From contig CAVYRF010000001.1 in assembly GCA_963770895.1 (NCBI GenBank), positions 2,179,496-2,243,495 on the forward strand: a stretch of DNA of 64,000 nt. Reading direction: 5' to 3'. Every line of letters starts with the position of its first letter. Position 1 is the first letter of the stretch. A program made the translations under genes and the position numbers. Below are positions 18,077-28,477 of the stretch, in pieces. Source of the DNA: an uncultured Acidobacteriota bacterium (GTDB lineage: Bacteria > Acidobacteriota > Thermoanaerobaculia > Multivoradales > UBA5704). Below the pieces are notes generated by a model. The model was given only the letters and a program-made list of their open reading frames with translations, did not search any database and was not told the DNA's origin.

Positions 18077-21000
18077 CACAGGGGATGCTCTCCACCGACC
18101 GCCTGGCGCTGCTCAAAAAGATTTTGCAGGAGCGTGGAATCGGCGTGGGCCGAGCGCAGAGCGAGCCTCTGCGGCGCCGCTCGGGCGACGGGCCCTGCGC
18201 GCTGTCGTTCGCCCAGGAGCGTCTGTGGTTCATCGATCAGCTGGAGCCCGGCAGCTCGCTCTACAACGTGCCGGTGCATGCGCGCCTCGAGGAGAAGCCG
18301 CGGGTCGACGTCCTGCGGCGTGCGCTCGTCGAGATCCTGCGACGGCACGAGGTCCTGCGCACCCGTTATGAGAGCGTGGCCGGTCGACCGGTCCAGGTGA
18401 TCGACCGCAAGCCGGTAACGAAGGCCCTGCCGCTGGTCGACCTGGGGGGACTGGCCGACGCCCCCCGCGGCACGGAGATGCGGCGGCTGGCGGTCGAGGA
18501 GGCGGAGCGGCCGTTCGATCTCGGCGGGGGTCCGGTCTTTCGCGCGCTGCTGGTGCGTCTGGACCAGGCGGAGCACCGGCTGCTCGCCAATCTGCACCAT
18601 ATCGTGTGGGACGCGGCGTCGACCCAGGTGCTGCTGCGGGAGCTGTCCTCGCTCTACGCGGCTTTCTCGGCGGGCGAGTCTTCGCCGCTGCCGGAGCTTG
18701 CGGTGCAGTACGCCGACTATGCGGCGTGGCAACGGGCCTGGTTCGAGAGCGCGGGCGCGGCGGCGGAGCTCGCGTATTGGCGCGGTGCCCTGGGGGCGGA
18801 CCCGCCGGTGCTGGAGCTCCCCACCGACCGGCCGCGGCCGGCGGTACAGACCTGGCGCGGCGCGGCGCGCTCGGTGGTGCTGTCCGGCGAGCTGAGCGCG
18901 TCGCTGGGCCGTTTGAGCCGGCAGTCGGGAGCGACGCTGTTCATGACCCTGCTGGCGGTGTTCGTGGGTCTGCTGCGACGTTACAGCGGCCAGTCGGATC
19001 TATGCGTGGGCACTCCGATCACGGGCCGGCACCGGATGGAGCTGGAAAACCTGATCGGTTTCTTTCTCAACACCCTGGTGATCCGCGTGGATTCGCCCGG
19101 GGACCCGCAATTCGCCGATCTCCTGGCCCTGGTGCGGGAGAGATCGCTCGCCGCGTTCGCCAACCAGGAGCTGCCCTTCGAGAAGCTGGTCGAGGAGCTG
19201 CAGCCGAGCCGCAACCTGTCCCATTCGCCGCTGTTCCAGGTGCTGTTCGTGCTCCTGCATGGCGCTGAGATCCCCTCGTTTCCGGGCGGCCTGTGGCAGG
19301 GCGAGCCGGCTGCGGTGCGGACGTCGAAGTTCGACCTCACCCTGTCGATCGGGGCGGGAGCGTCGGGGATGGAGGTAACGGTCGAGTACAACACCGACCT
19401 CTTCGACGGCGCCACGATGGCGCGCCTGCTCGATCACTTCGGCCACCTGGCGGCGGAGGTGGCCGTGCACTCGGAGCGGCGTCTGTCGGCCTTGCCGATG
19501 CTGGGCGATCCGGAGCGGCAGTCGCTCCTCGTCGAGAGCAACGACACGTCGTCTTCCTATGCCTGTGGGGGGGTGCACCGTCTGTTCGAGGCGCAGGTGG
19601 AGCGTGCGCCGGAGGCGACGGCCCTGGTGTGGGAGGGAGAGAGTTTCAGCTATGGAGAGCTGGATCGGCGCGCCGGGCGGTTGGCGCGCCGGCTCGTCGA
19701 GCTGGGCGTGGGCGCGGAGTCGCGGGTGGGTCTGCAGCTCGGGCGGTCGGCGGACCTTTTGATCGGCCTGCTGGCGATCTTGAAGGCGGGTGGCGCCTAC
19801 GTGCCGATCGATCCTCTCTATCCGCCGCGACGTCGGGAGCTGATGCTGGCCGATGCCCAGGTGTCGGTGCTGCTCACCCGGGAGAGCCTGGCGTGCGAGC
19901 TCTCGGGCGGCTATCCGCTGCTGTGCCTGGACCGTGAGCCGTTCGACTCCGCGCTGGACGGCTCGTGGAGCCCGGTGGAGGTCGCCGACTCGAACCTCGC
20001 CTACGTGATCTACACCTCGGGTTCGACGGGCCGCCCGAAGGGGGTGAGCCTGCCGCATGGAGCTCTGCGCAACCTGATCGAGTGGCACCTCGCGACGCTG
20101 CTCGGCGGCGCGCGGACGCTGCAGTTCGCCTCGGTGAGCTTCGATGCGAGCTTCCACGAGATGTTCGCCTGCTGGGGCTCGGGCGGAACGCTGTACCTGA
20201 TCTCGGAAGAGGTTCGCCGCGACGTGGCGATGCTGGGTCGGTATCTGGTGAGCCGGGGTTTGGAAAAGGTGATCCTGCCGGTGGTGGTGCTGCAGCAGCT
20301 GGCCGAGGAGTACGGTCGCGGCGGGGATCTGCCGCCGCTCCTGGAGGTGACGACGACGGGCGAGCAGCTGCAGACGACGCGTGCGATGGGCGAGCTGTGC
20401 GAGCGCCTGGGCTCGTGCGCGTTCCACAACCACTACGGTCCTTCCGAGAGCCACGTGGTGACGGCGTACCGTCTGAGCCGGGAGCCCGGGGAGTGGCTGA
20501 CCCATCCGTCGATCGGGGTGGCGATCGGCAACAGCTCGACCTGGCTGCTCGATCGCGACCTGGCGCCGGTGCCCACGGGAGTGGCCGGGGAGCTCTATCT
20601 GGGAGGGGCCTGCCTGGCTCGCGGCTACCTGGGCCGGCCGGATCTGACGGCGGAGCGTTTCGTGCCCCACCCGTTCGGCGAGCCGGGCGGGGAGCGCCTG
20701 TACCGGACGGGGGACAAGGTCCGCCGTCTGGCGGACGGCACGCTGGACTTCCTGGGCCGGCTCGACCATCAGGTGAAGGTGCGGGGATTCCGCGTGGAGT
20801 TGGGGGAGATCGAGTCGGTGCTGGGCCGGCATCCCGCAGTGCTGCAGGTGACGGTTTTGGCGCGGGAAGCGGGGCCGGGGGATCGCCGCCTGATCGCGTA
20901 TGTGGTGCCGTCGCGAGCGGAGACCGACGCGGCGGAGTGGCGCCGGTACCTGCAGGAGCGGCTGCCGGAGTACATGGTGCCGTCGTGGTTCGTGGTGCTC

Positions 21001-24000
21001 GACGCCCTGCCGCTGACGCCGAACGGCAAAGTGGACCGTCGGGCGCTGCCGGAGCCGGCAGACCTGCGGCCGGACACCGGCAGGGGGGCCGCGGTGCCGC
21101 GCACGCCGGCCGAAGAGGTGGTGGCGGCGATCTGGTCGGACGTGTTGGGCCTGGGGTGGGTCGGAGTCGAGGAGAGCTTCTTCGAGTTGGGCGGGCACTC
21201 GCTGCTGGCGGTGCGGGTCATCGCGCGTCTCCGCGATGCGTTCGGCGTCGAGCTGCCGCTGCGCGAGCTGTTCGCAGCGCCGACGGTGGCACTCCTGGCC
21301 GCTCGGGTCGAAGAGCGCCGCAAGGGGGCTTCCCAGCCGGTTGCGCCGGCGCTGGCGCCGGTTGCTCGCGACCGGCCTCTGCCGCTGTCGTTCGCGCAGG
21401 AGCGGCTGTGGTTTCTCGATCAGCTGCAACCGGGCAGCGCGCAATACAACCTGCCGCTGGCGCTGCGCCTCCGCGGGCCGTTGCATCCCGCGGCCCTGGC
21501 CTGGACGCTGGGCCAGGTGGAGCGTCGCCACGAGGCTTTGCGCACGGTCTTCGCGGTGGTCGAGGGGGCGCCGGTGCAGGTGATCCGGCCGGCTCGCGAG
21601 CCGTTCCCGCTGCCGGTCGTCGACCTGTCGGGGCTCGCGGCGGAGGTGCGGGAGGCGCACCTGGCCCGCATCGCGGCCGCGGACGCGATGCGGCCGTTCG
21701 ACCTGGCGCAGGGTCCGCTATGGCGGGGGAGCCTGGTGCGGCTGGGCGAGCAGGACCACGGCGTGCTGTTGACGCAGCACCACATCGTCAGCGACGGCTG
21801 GTCGCACTCGGTGCTGGTGCGCGAGGTGGTGGAGCTCTACGGGGCGGCGTTGGAAGATCGGCCGCCGCGCCTTGCCGATCTGCCGATCCAGTACGCGGAC
21901 TACGCGAGCTGGCAGCGGGACTGGCATCAGGGCGAGGTGCTGGCGGCGGGCCTGTCGTACTGGCGCCAGCGGCTGGGCGGAGCGCCGCCGGTCCTGGATC
22001 TGCCGGGCGACCGTCGGCGTCCGGCGGTGCGGAGCTGGCAAGGTACGGTGCGGTCGGTGCGGCTGGGGGAGGGTTTGAGTCAGCAGCTCCACCAGGCGAG
22101 CCTGCGGCAGGGTGCGACCCCGTTCATGACCCTGCTGGCGGGTTGGATGGCGGCCTTGGCCCGCTGGTGCGGCCAGGACGACCTGAGCGTCGGCACGCCG
22201 GTCGCGGGTCGTCCGCGGATCGAGCTCGAAGGCCTGGTCGGCTTCTTCATCAACACCCTGGTGTCGCGGTTGGATCTGTCGGGGATCAAGACCTTCCGGG
22301 ATCTGGTGGGCCAGGTGCGGGAGGCCTGGCTCTCGGCCTACGAGCACCAGGCGGTGCCGTTCGAGAAGCTGGTCGAGGAGCTGGCACCGCAGCGCAGCCT
22401 CTCCTACACCCCGCTGTTTCAGGTGATGTTCGTGCTGCAGAACACGCCGCGCGAAGCGGCGCGGTTCGGCGGCCTGGCACTGTCGCCGCTGGGGTTGGCG
22501 GGGACCAGCGCGAAAGTCGACCTGGCGCTCGCCCTGGAGGAGCAGGCAGGGGTCTTCGCGGGCGGAATGGAGTACAGCACGGAGCTCTTCGACACGGCGA
22601 CGATCGCGCGCTTCGTGGGTCAGCTGACACGGCTTTTGGACGCAGCGGTCGCGGCGCCCGAGCGGGATCTGTGGTCGTTGCCTCTGCTGTCGGCTGCCGA
22701 AGAGCACCAGCTGGCCGTCGAGTGGAGCGGCGCGTGGAGCCGGGCCGCCCCCGGTGCCTCGGTCGTCGAGCGGTTCGAAAGCTGGGCGGCAAAGACCCCG
22801 GACGCCTTGGCCGTGCTGGCGCCGGGAGAGGCTCTCTCCTACGCCCATCTCGACGCCCGGGCCAACCGGCTCGCCCGCCGGCTGCGCTCGCTGGGCGTGA
22901 CCGTCGAGGATCTGGTCGGCCTGTGCGTCGAGCGCTCCCCGGCGATGATCGTCGCCGTGTTCGGCATCCTCAAGGCCGGGGCCGCCTACGTGCCGCTGGA
23001 CCCGACCTATCCGCGCCAGCGCCTCGCCTACATGGTCGAGGACGCACGGCTGCGGGTGCTCGTCACCGAGGAACGGCTGCGCGGCCGCCTGCCGGAGACC
23101 CCGGAGACGGCCGCCAGGCTCCTGCTCCTCGATTCGGAGGGTGCGGAGGGGCGCGGTCTCGATGGCGAGAGCGCGGAGCGGCTGCCCGCGACGGCGACGC
23201 CCGGGAGCCTGGCCTACGTGATCTACACCTCGGGCTCGACCGGCCGGCCGAAAGGGGTGATGATCCACCACCGCGGGTGGAGCAACCTGATCGAGGCCCT
23301 GCGGCACCGGTTCGGCGTCGGTCCGGGAACCCGCGTGCCGCAGTTCGCCTCGCTCAGCTTCGACGTTTCGGCGTGGGAGATCGCCATGACGCTCAGCGCC
23401 GGAGCCACTCTGCTGCTCGGCCCTCGCGAGCGGCGTCTCTCGGCAGAGGATATGGCCCTGCTGCTACGGGAATGCGACGTGGCCGCCCTGCCGCCTGCCG
23501 TCCTCCCGATGCTGACTGCGGAAGAATTGCCCGAGCTTTCGACCGTGATCGTGGGGGGCGAGGCCTGCCCCTTGCACGTGGCGCGGACCTGGGCAGCCGG
23601 GCGGCGGCTCTTCAATGCCTACGGTCCCACCGAGGCCACGGTCAACGCCACGGTGGCACTCTATGACGGCGGGGATCGCCTGCCGATCGGCCGACCGTTC
23701 GACGGAGTAGAGGCCTGGGTGCTGGACGCGCGGGGGAACCCGGCTCCGATCGGAGCCGTGGGCGAGCTCTGCCTGGCCGGCGCCGGGTTGGCGCGGGGCT
23801 ACCTGAACCGGCCCGAACGGACGGCGCGGAGCTTCGTGCCGCATCCCTTCCCCATGCTCCCCGGCGAGCGGCTCTACCGGACGGGCGATCTGGTCTTCCG
23901 GCGGCCGGAGGGCAGCCTGGAAATCCTCGGCCGGCTCGATCATCAGGTCAAGATCCGCGGTTTCCGCATCGAGCTCGGGGAGATCGAGGCGGTGCTGGCC

Positions 24001-24220
24001 AGGGTGCCAGGAGTGCGCGAGGCCGCGGTGGTGGCGCGCGAGAGCGGTGCGAGCGGCCTGCAGCTGGTCGCCTATGCGGTGAGCGACGTCACCGCCGACG
24101 CGCTGCGCCGCGCCCTGCGCGAGCGGCTGCCGGAGCACATGGTGCCGTCGTGGTTCGTGGCGCTCGACGCCCTGCCCCTGACGCCGAGCGGCAAGCTCGA
24201 CCGCGACGCGCTGCCGGCGC
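8440..24220 (+). repeat. Multi-kb near-identical NRPS module duplications
   Basis: Module 2 matches module 3 at an offset of ~3177-3219 bp. Modules 1-2 match modules 4-5 at an offset of ~9680-9740 bp. Seen as near-identical DNA and as recurring shadow ORFs (13540/16717/23223; 10273/20010). Confidence 0.93.
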
Positions 24221-25348
24221 CTGCCGCGGCGAGCGATCGGGCGACCGCCCCGCCGCGCGACGACCAGGAGCTGGCGCTCCTGGAGATCTGGGAAGAGCTT
24301 TTCGCCCTGCGGACGATCGGCGTCAAGGATGACTTCTTCGCCTTGGGCGGGCACTCGCTCCTGGCCGTGCGGCTGATGGCGAGGATCGAGCGCAAGCTCG
24401 GCATCCGCTTGCCCCTGGCCGCCCTCTTCCAGGCTCCCACGATCGAGTCTCTGGCGCTCCTGCTCAAGCTGCGGCAACCCCCGTCGGCGTCCTCGTCCCT
24501 GGTCCTCCTCCAGGAAGGCGGCAAGCGCCCGTTCTTCTGCGTCCACCCCGCTCACGGCCACGTGCTGTGCTATTTCGAGCTGTCGCGGCGGCTCCTGGAC
24601 CGATCGTTCTACGGCTTTCAGCTCCCGGCCTCCGGAACGGCTCGCCACCGCTCCGGAGACACCCCAGTACGGATCGAGGAGCTCGCCGAGAGCTATCTGC
24701 AAGAGCTCCGGAGCGTCCAACCCGAAGGCCCCTACCTGCTCGGCGGCTGGTCGATGGGGGGAGTGGTGGCCTACGAAATGGCCAGGCAGCTGGAGCTTAC
24801 GGGCGCTGACGTGGCCCTGCTGGCCCTGATCGACACCTGGCCCCCCGCCGGCGACCACGCCGCAGACGAGCTCGAACGATTCCCATCTCTTGCCGCCCTT
24901 CGCGCAAGAGCTCGGGGTGCCGATCGACCCCCTGCGGGAGCTCGCGGCGGACCTCGACTCCCTCCCCCTGGAGCAGAAGATGGCAGCCTTCCGGGAAGCG
25001 GCGGTCGAGTCCGGAGCCCTGCCGCCCGACATGACCCTCTCCCTGCTCACCTCGCTCTTCGCGGCGTTCACGACGAACGTGCGAGCAGTGCGGCGCTACT
25101 CCCCCGCGGGCTATGGCGGCCGCATCACTCTGCTCCGGGCGACCCGCTCGGCGGCCGCTCCTGGCCCGGATCCCGAAGAGCAGTGGCGGCGCCTCGCGGC
25201 TCGCGGGGTGGACCTCGCCTGGATTTCCGGGGACCACGCCAGCATCCTCCACGAACCCGACGTCGCCGCCCTCGCCGAGCGCCTGGACGAGCGTCTCGCA
25301 CAGGCCGAACCACTCACCGGATCGATTCCCGCGGACCCCAAGAGATAG
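18073..25348 (+). CDS. NRPS, C-A(Pro-like)-T-C-A(aromatic)-T-TE, with a frameshift inside the TE (~24870-24900)
   Basis: ATG 18073 overlaps the upstream TGA (ATGA). TE motifs PFFCVHP and GWSMGG lie in the first frame. The TE C-terminus (RITLLRA...GDHASILHEPDVAALAERL) lies in ORF 24890..25348, a different frame. Confidence 0.88.
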
Positions 25349-25360
25349 GTCGAAAACCCG

Positions 25361-26158
25361 ATGGCCGAAACCGCCAGTCCGAGAGTCCTGGTATGGGCTC
25401 CCAGGGGCCGCCTCGTGGCGTGCGGCGCGGAAGAGGACCGGCTCGTCGCGGCCGACTCGTGGCTGGTCGCGGACGGCCGGGTGCGGGGCCTCGACCTGCA
25501 CCGGGATCGTTTCTTTCGCGCCTGCGAGGAGGGCTCCGGGACGCTCCGCGACGACCTCCGCGCATTCTGGCGGGCCGCGGTCGCGGAACTGCCGCGCCAG
25601 GGCCGCTGGTTCCCCCGCATCGAGCTCTCCGCCGGTGCGCCGGGGCGGCTGCGCTTGCGGATTCGGCACGCACCGCCGCGGAGCGACAGCCTGCGGGCCT
25701 GGATCTGGCGCGGCTCGGACGTGCGCACGGCGCCGCGGCAGAAGGGGCCCGACTTGCTGCGGCTGGCAGAGGTTCGCCGTCAGGCCCGGGCGGCAGGCGC
25801 CGACGAAGCGTTGTTGACCACCCGGTCCGGGGTGGTCCTGGAAGCGACGACGTGCAGCGTCCTGTGGTGGGAAGGCTCCTGCCTCTGCTCGCCCTCCCCG
25901 TCGCTGCGCATCATGCCCGGCGTCACCCGCCAGCTCATCGACGCAATCGCCGCGTCGAAAGGGGTGCCGGTGCTGCACAGGCGTTGCGGCGTGCGGCACT
26001 TCGAGGGACGGGAGGTCTGGCTGGTCAACGCATTGCACGGTATCCGCGCGGTATCGAGCTGGGTGCAGTCGCCGATTTCGCCGGGCTCTCCGCTGCGGCT
26101 GTCGCGATGGCAGCGCTGGCTGGAGGCAGGCGCGGCATCGCTGCCGGAGGCCGGCTGA
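25361..26158 (+). CDS. pabC: 4-amino-4-deoxychorismate lyase-like, class IV aminotransferase family
   Basis: ADSWLVADGRVRGLDLHRDRF, KGPDL (candidate PLP Lys), DEALL...VLEATT, MPGVTR and VWLVNALHG motifs; directly upstream of ADC synthase. Confidence 0.85.
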   Translation: MAETASPRVLVWAPRGRLVACGAEEDRLVAADSWLVADGRVRGLDLHRDRFFRACEEGSGTLRDDLRAFWRAAVAELPRQGRWFPRIELSAGAPGRLRLRIRHAPPRSDSLRAWIWRGSDVRTAPRQKGPDLLRLAEVRRQARAAGADEALLTTRSGVVLEATTCSVLWWEGSCLCSPSPSLRIMPGVTRQLIDAIAASKGVPVLHRRCGVRHFEGREVWLVNALHGIRAVSSWVQSPISPGSPLRLSRWQRWLEAGAASLPEAG

Positions 26159-26160
26159 CC

Positions 26161-28326
26161 GTGCGCACGCTGATCGTCGACAACTACGATTCGTTCACAT
26201 TCAATCTGTTCCATCTGTTCGCCGAGGTCAACGGCGAAGAGCCGGTCGTCATCCGCAACGACGAGGACAACTTCACTCTCGACGATCTGCGGTGCTTCGA
26301 CAACGTGGTTCTCTCTCCGGGGCCAGGCCGTCCGCAACGGCGGTCGGACTTCGGCATTTGCGCGGACGTCATCGCCGCGAGCACCCTGCCGCAGCTCGGC
26401 GTGTGCCTCGGACATCAAGGGCTCTGTTATTTCCATGGCGGTGAGGTAGGAGCGGCGCCGGAGGTGCGGCACGGTCGTCTGTCACCGGTCATCCACCGAC
26501 AGGTCGATCTCTTCGCCGGCATCCCGTCGCCGTTCGCGGCCATCCGTTATCACTCCCTGACGGTCACCCGGCTGTCCGCCGATCTCGAGGCGATCGCCTG
26601 GACGCTCGATGGCGTGCTCATGGGAGTGCGCCATCGCCGCCTCCCCGCATGGGGCGTGCAGTTCCACCCCGAGTCGATCGCGACGGAGCATGGACGGCGG
26701 ATCGCGCAGAACTTCGGCGACCTCACCCGCCTGTGGCACGAGCGCAATCCCCGCCGCCGCGGAGTCTTCGTGCCGCGGCGCGCCGGCCGCCCGCTCGACC
26801 TGCCGCAACCCGGCGCCACGCAGGCGCCGCGGCTTCGCATCCTGGTGCGCCGCTTCAAGAGCGACCTCGCGGCGGACCATGTGTACGCATCTCTGTACCG
26901 GGCATCCGACGCCGCGTTTTGGCTCGACAGCAGCATGCAAGAGCCCACGCTGGGCCGGTTTTCTTTCATGGGGGATGCCGGCGGACCGCTGGCGCGGGTC
27001 GTCGAGGCGGATGTCTGGGAGGGAACGATCACCGTCGAGTCCCGAGGCGGCGCGAAAGTCAAAGAGGTCGCCAAAGGATCCTTCTTCGACTGGCTCGATG
27101 CCGATCTCGCCGCGCGGCAGGTCGACGTTCCGGAGCTGCCATTCGATTTTGCGCTAGGTTGGGTGGGATATCTCGGTTATGAGCTCAAGGCCGAAACCGG
27201 CGGCCAACGTGCCTGGCGTTCCGAGAACCCGGACGCCGCGATGATCTTTGCAGATCGGGCCGTCGCCTTCGATCATCAGGAACGAGAGATCTATCTCCTG
27301 GCGCTCGCCGACGTCGAGGACCAGGCGCCGGCCGGCAGCTGGCTCGACGACACCGAACGCCGGCTGACCGCTCTCGGCGCCGCCGGCGCCGTCGGCGCGG
27401 TCGGCGACCTGGCGAGTGCGCAGCCCCCGGCCGTGCAGCCGGCGCGCGATCTGGAGCTGCGCCACGACCGTGCCGCGTATCTGCGGCGGATCGAGGCGTG
27501 CCGCGAGGCCATCGCGGATGGGGAGAGCTACGAGGTCTGCCTGACCAACAGGCTGACGGTCGAGGGTTCCCTGCCACCCTGGGAGGCCTACCGAACCCTT
27601 CGCCGCCTGAACCCCGCGCCCTTCGGGGCACTGCTGCGATTCGACGGGCTCGCGGTGCTCAGCAACTCGCCGGAGAGATTCCTGCGCGTGTCGCGCGACC
27701 GCCTCGTCGAATCGCGGCCGATCAAGGGAACCCGCCGCCGCTCGCGATCCCCGCGGGAGGACCGCCAGCTGCGGGACGATCTCGGGAGCAGTGAAAAGGA
27801 CCGCGCCGAAAATCTGATGATCGTCGACCTCGTGCGCAACGACCTGGGCATCTGCGCCGAAACGGGGTCGGTGCACGTGCCCAAGCTGTTCGCCATCGAA
27901 ACCTACGCCTCGGCGCATCAGTTGGTCAGCACCGTTCGCGCCACCCTGCGCCGGGACTGTTCCGTAGTGCGCTGCGTCAGCGCCGCGTTCCCTGGCGGCT
28001 CGATGGTCGGCGCCCCAAAGATCCGCACGATGAAGATCATCGACGGCCTGGAGGGCGGCCCCCGCGGCGTCTACGCCGGAGCGCTCGGTTACTTCTCCCT
28101 GGCGGGCAGCGCCGATCTCAGCATCGCCATCCGCACCCTGGTGGTGGATCCCGACCGCGCCACCTACGGCGTCGGCGGTGCCATCGTCGCCCAATCCGAC
28201 CCCGCCGACGAATACGAGGAAACCGCCGTCAAGGCAGCGGCAGTTCTAAGGCTCTTCGGCGCAACCTTCCCGGACTGCAACCCGGTGATCGGCCAAGGTA
28301 TCGGTATCGCCGCGCCGCCGCGGTGA
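26161..28326 (+). CDS. pabAB: Fused aminodeoxychorismate synthase (glutamine amidotransferase + chorismate-binding domain)
   Basis: GTG start 2 nt after the pabC stop: (M)RTLIVDNYDSFTFNL, SPGPG, GVCLGHQ, RYHSL, GVQFHPES, then GESYEVCLT, SPERF, PIKGT, ENLMIVDLVRNDL, FPGGSM, GAPK and GVGGAI. PIKGT is the PabB-type signature (TrpE has PIAGT). Confidence 0.93.
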   Translation: MRTLIVDNYDSFTFNLFHLFAEVNGEEPVVIRNDEDNFTLDDLRCFDNVVLSPGPGRPQRRSDFGICADVIAASTLPQLGVCLGHQGLCYFHGGEVGAAPEVRHGRLSPVIHRQVDLFAGIPSPFAAIRYHSLTVTRLSADLEAIAWTLDGVLMGVRHRRLPAWGVQFHPESIATEHGRRIAQNFGDLTRLWHERNPRRRGVFVPRRAGRPLDLPQPGATQAPRLRILVRRFKSDLAADHVYASLYRASDAAFWLDSSMQEPTLGRFSFMGDAGGPLARVVEADVWEGTITVESRGGAKVKEVAKGSFFDWLDADLAARQVDVPELPFDFALGWVGYLGYELKAETGGQRAWRSENPDAAMIFADRAVAFDHQEREIYLLALADVEDQAPAGSWLDDTERRLTALGAAGAVGAVGDLASAQPPAVQPARDLELRHDRAAYLRRIEACREAIADGESYEVCLTNRLTVEGSLPPWEAYRTLRRLNPAPFGALLRFDGLAVLSNSPERFLRVSRDRLVESRPIKGTRRRSRSPREDRQLRDDLGSSEKDRAENLMIVDLVRNDLGICAETGSVHVPKLFAIETYASAHQLVSTVRATLRRDCSVVRCVSAAFPGGSMVGAPKIRTMKIIDGLEGGPRGVYAGALGYFSLAGSADLSIAIRTLVVDPDRATYGVGGAIVAQSDPADEYEETAVKAAAVLRLFGATFPDCNPVIGQGIGIAAPPR

Positions 28327-28477
28327 AGACCGAGCTACCTTTGGCGTGAGATGATCGCCGAGAGCGAAAGGTTGACCGCCAGCTGAGCTGGATGGAAGCT
28401 CGCCACCCCAATCCCATCCAGACTTTTACCTGGCCCGATGGCAGGTGACTGGCCGCCCAGCTGGCCGAGGAGCGAGC

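Noticed and set aside
17644-28326. 3560-aa NRPS-ADC synthase fusion as a genuine protein
   Set aside because: The linker is out-of-frame TE and pabC sequence. PabAB has its own GTG start, and the true NRPS start is 18073.
25361-28326. p-aminophenylalanine (chloramphenicol/pristinamycin-type) pathway or anthranilate synthase
   Set aside because: No ADC mutase or dehydrogenase in the window; the PIKGT motif and the adjacent lyase point to pABA.
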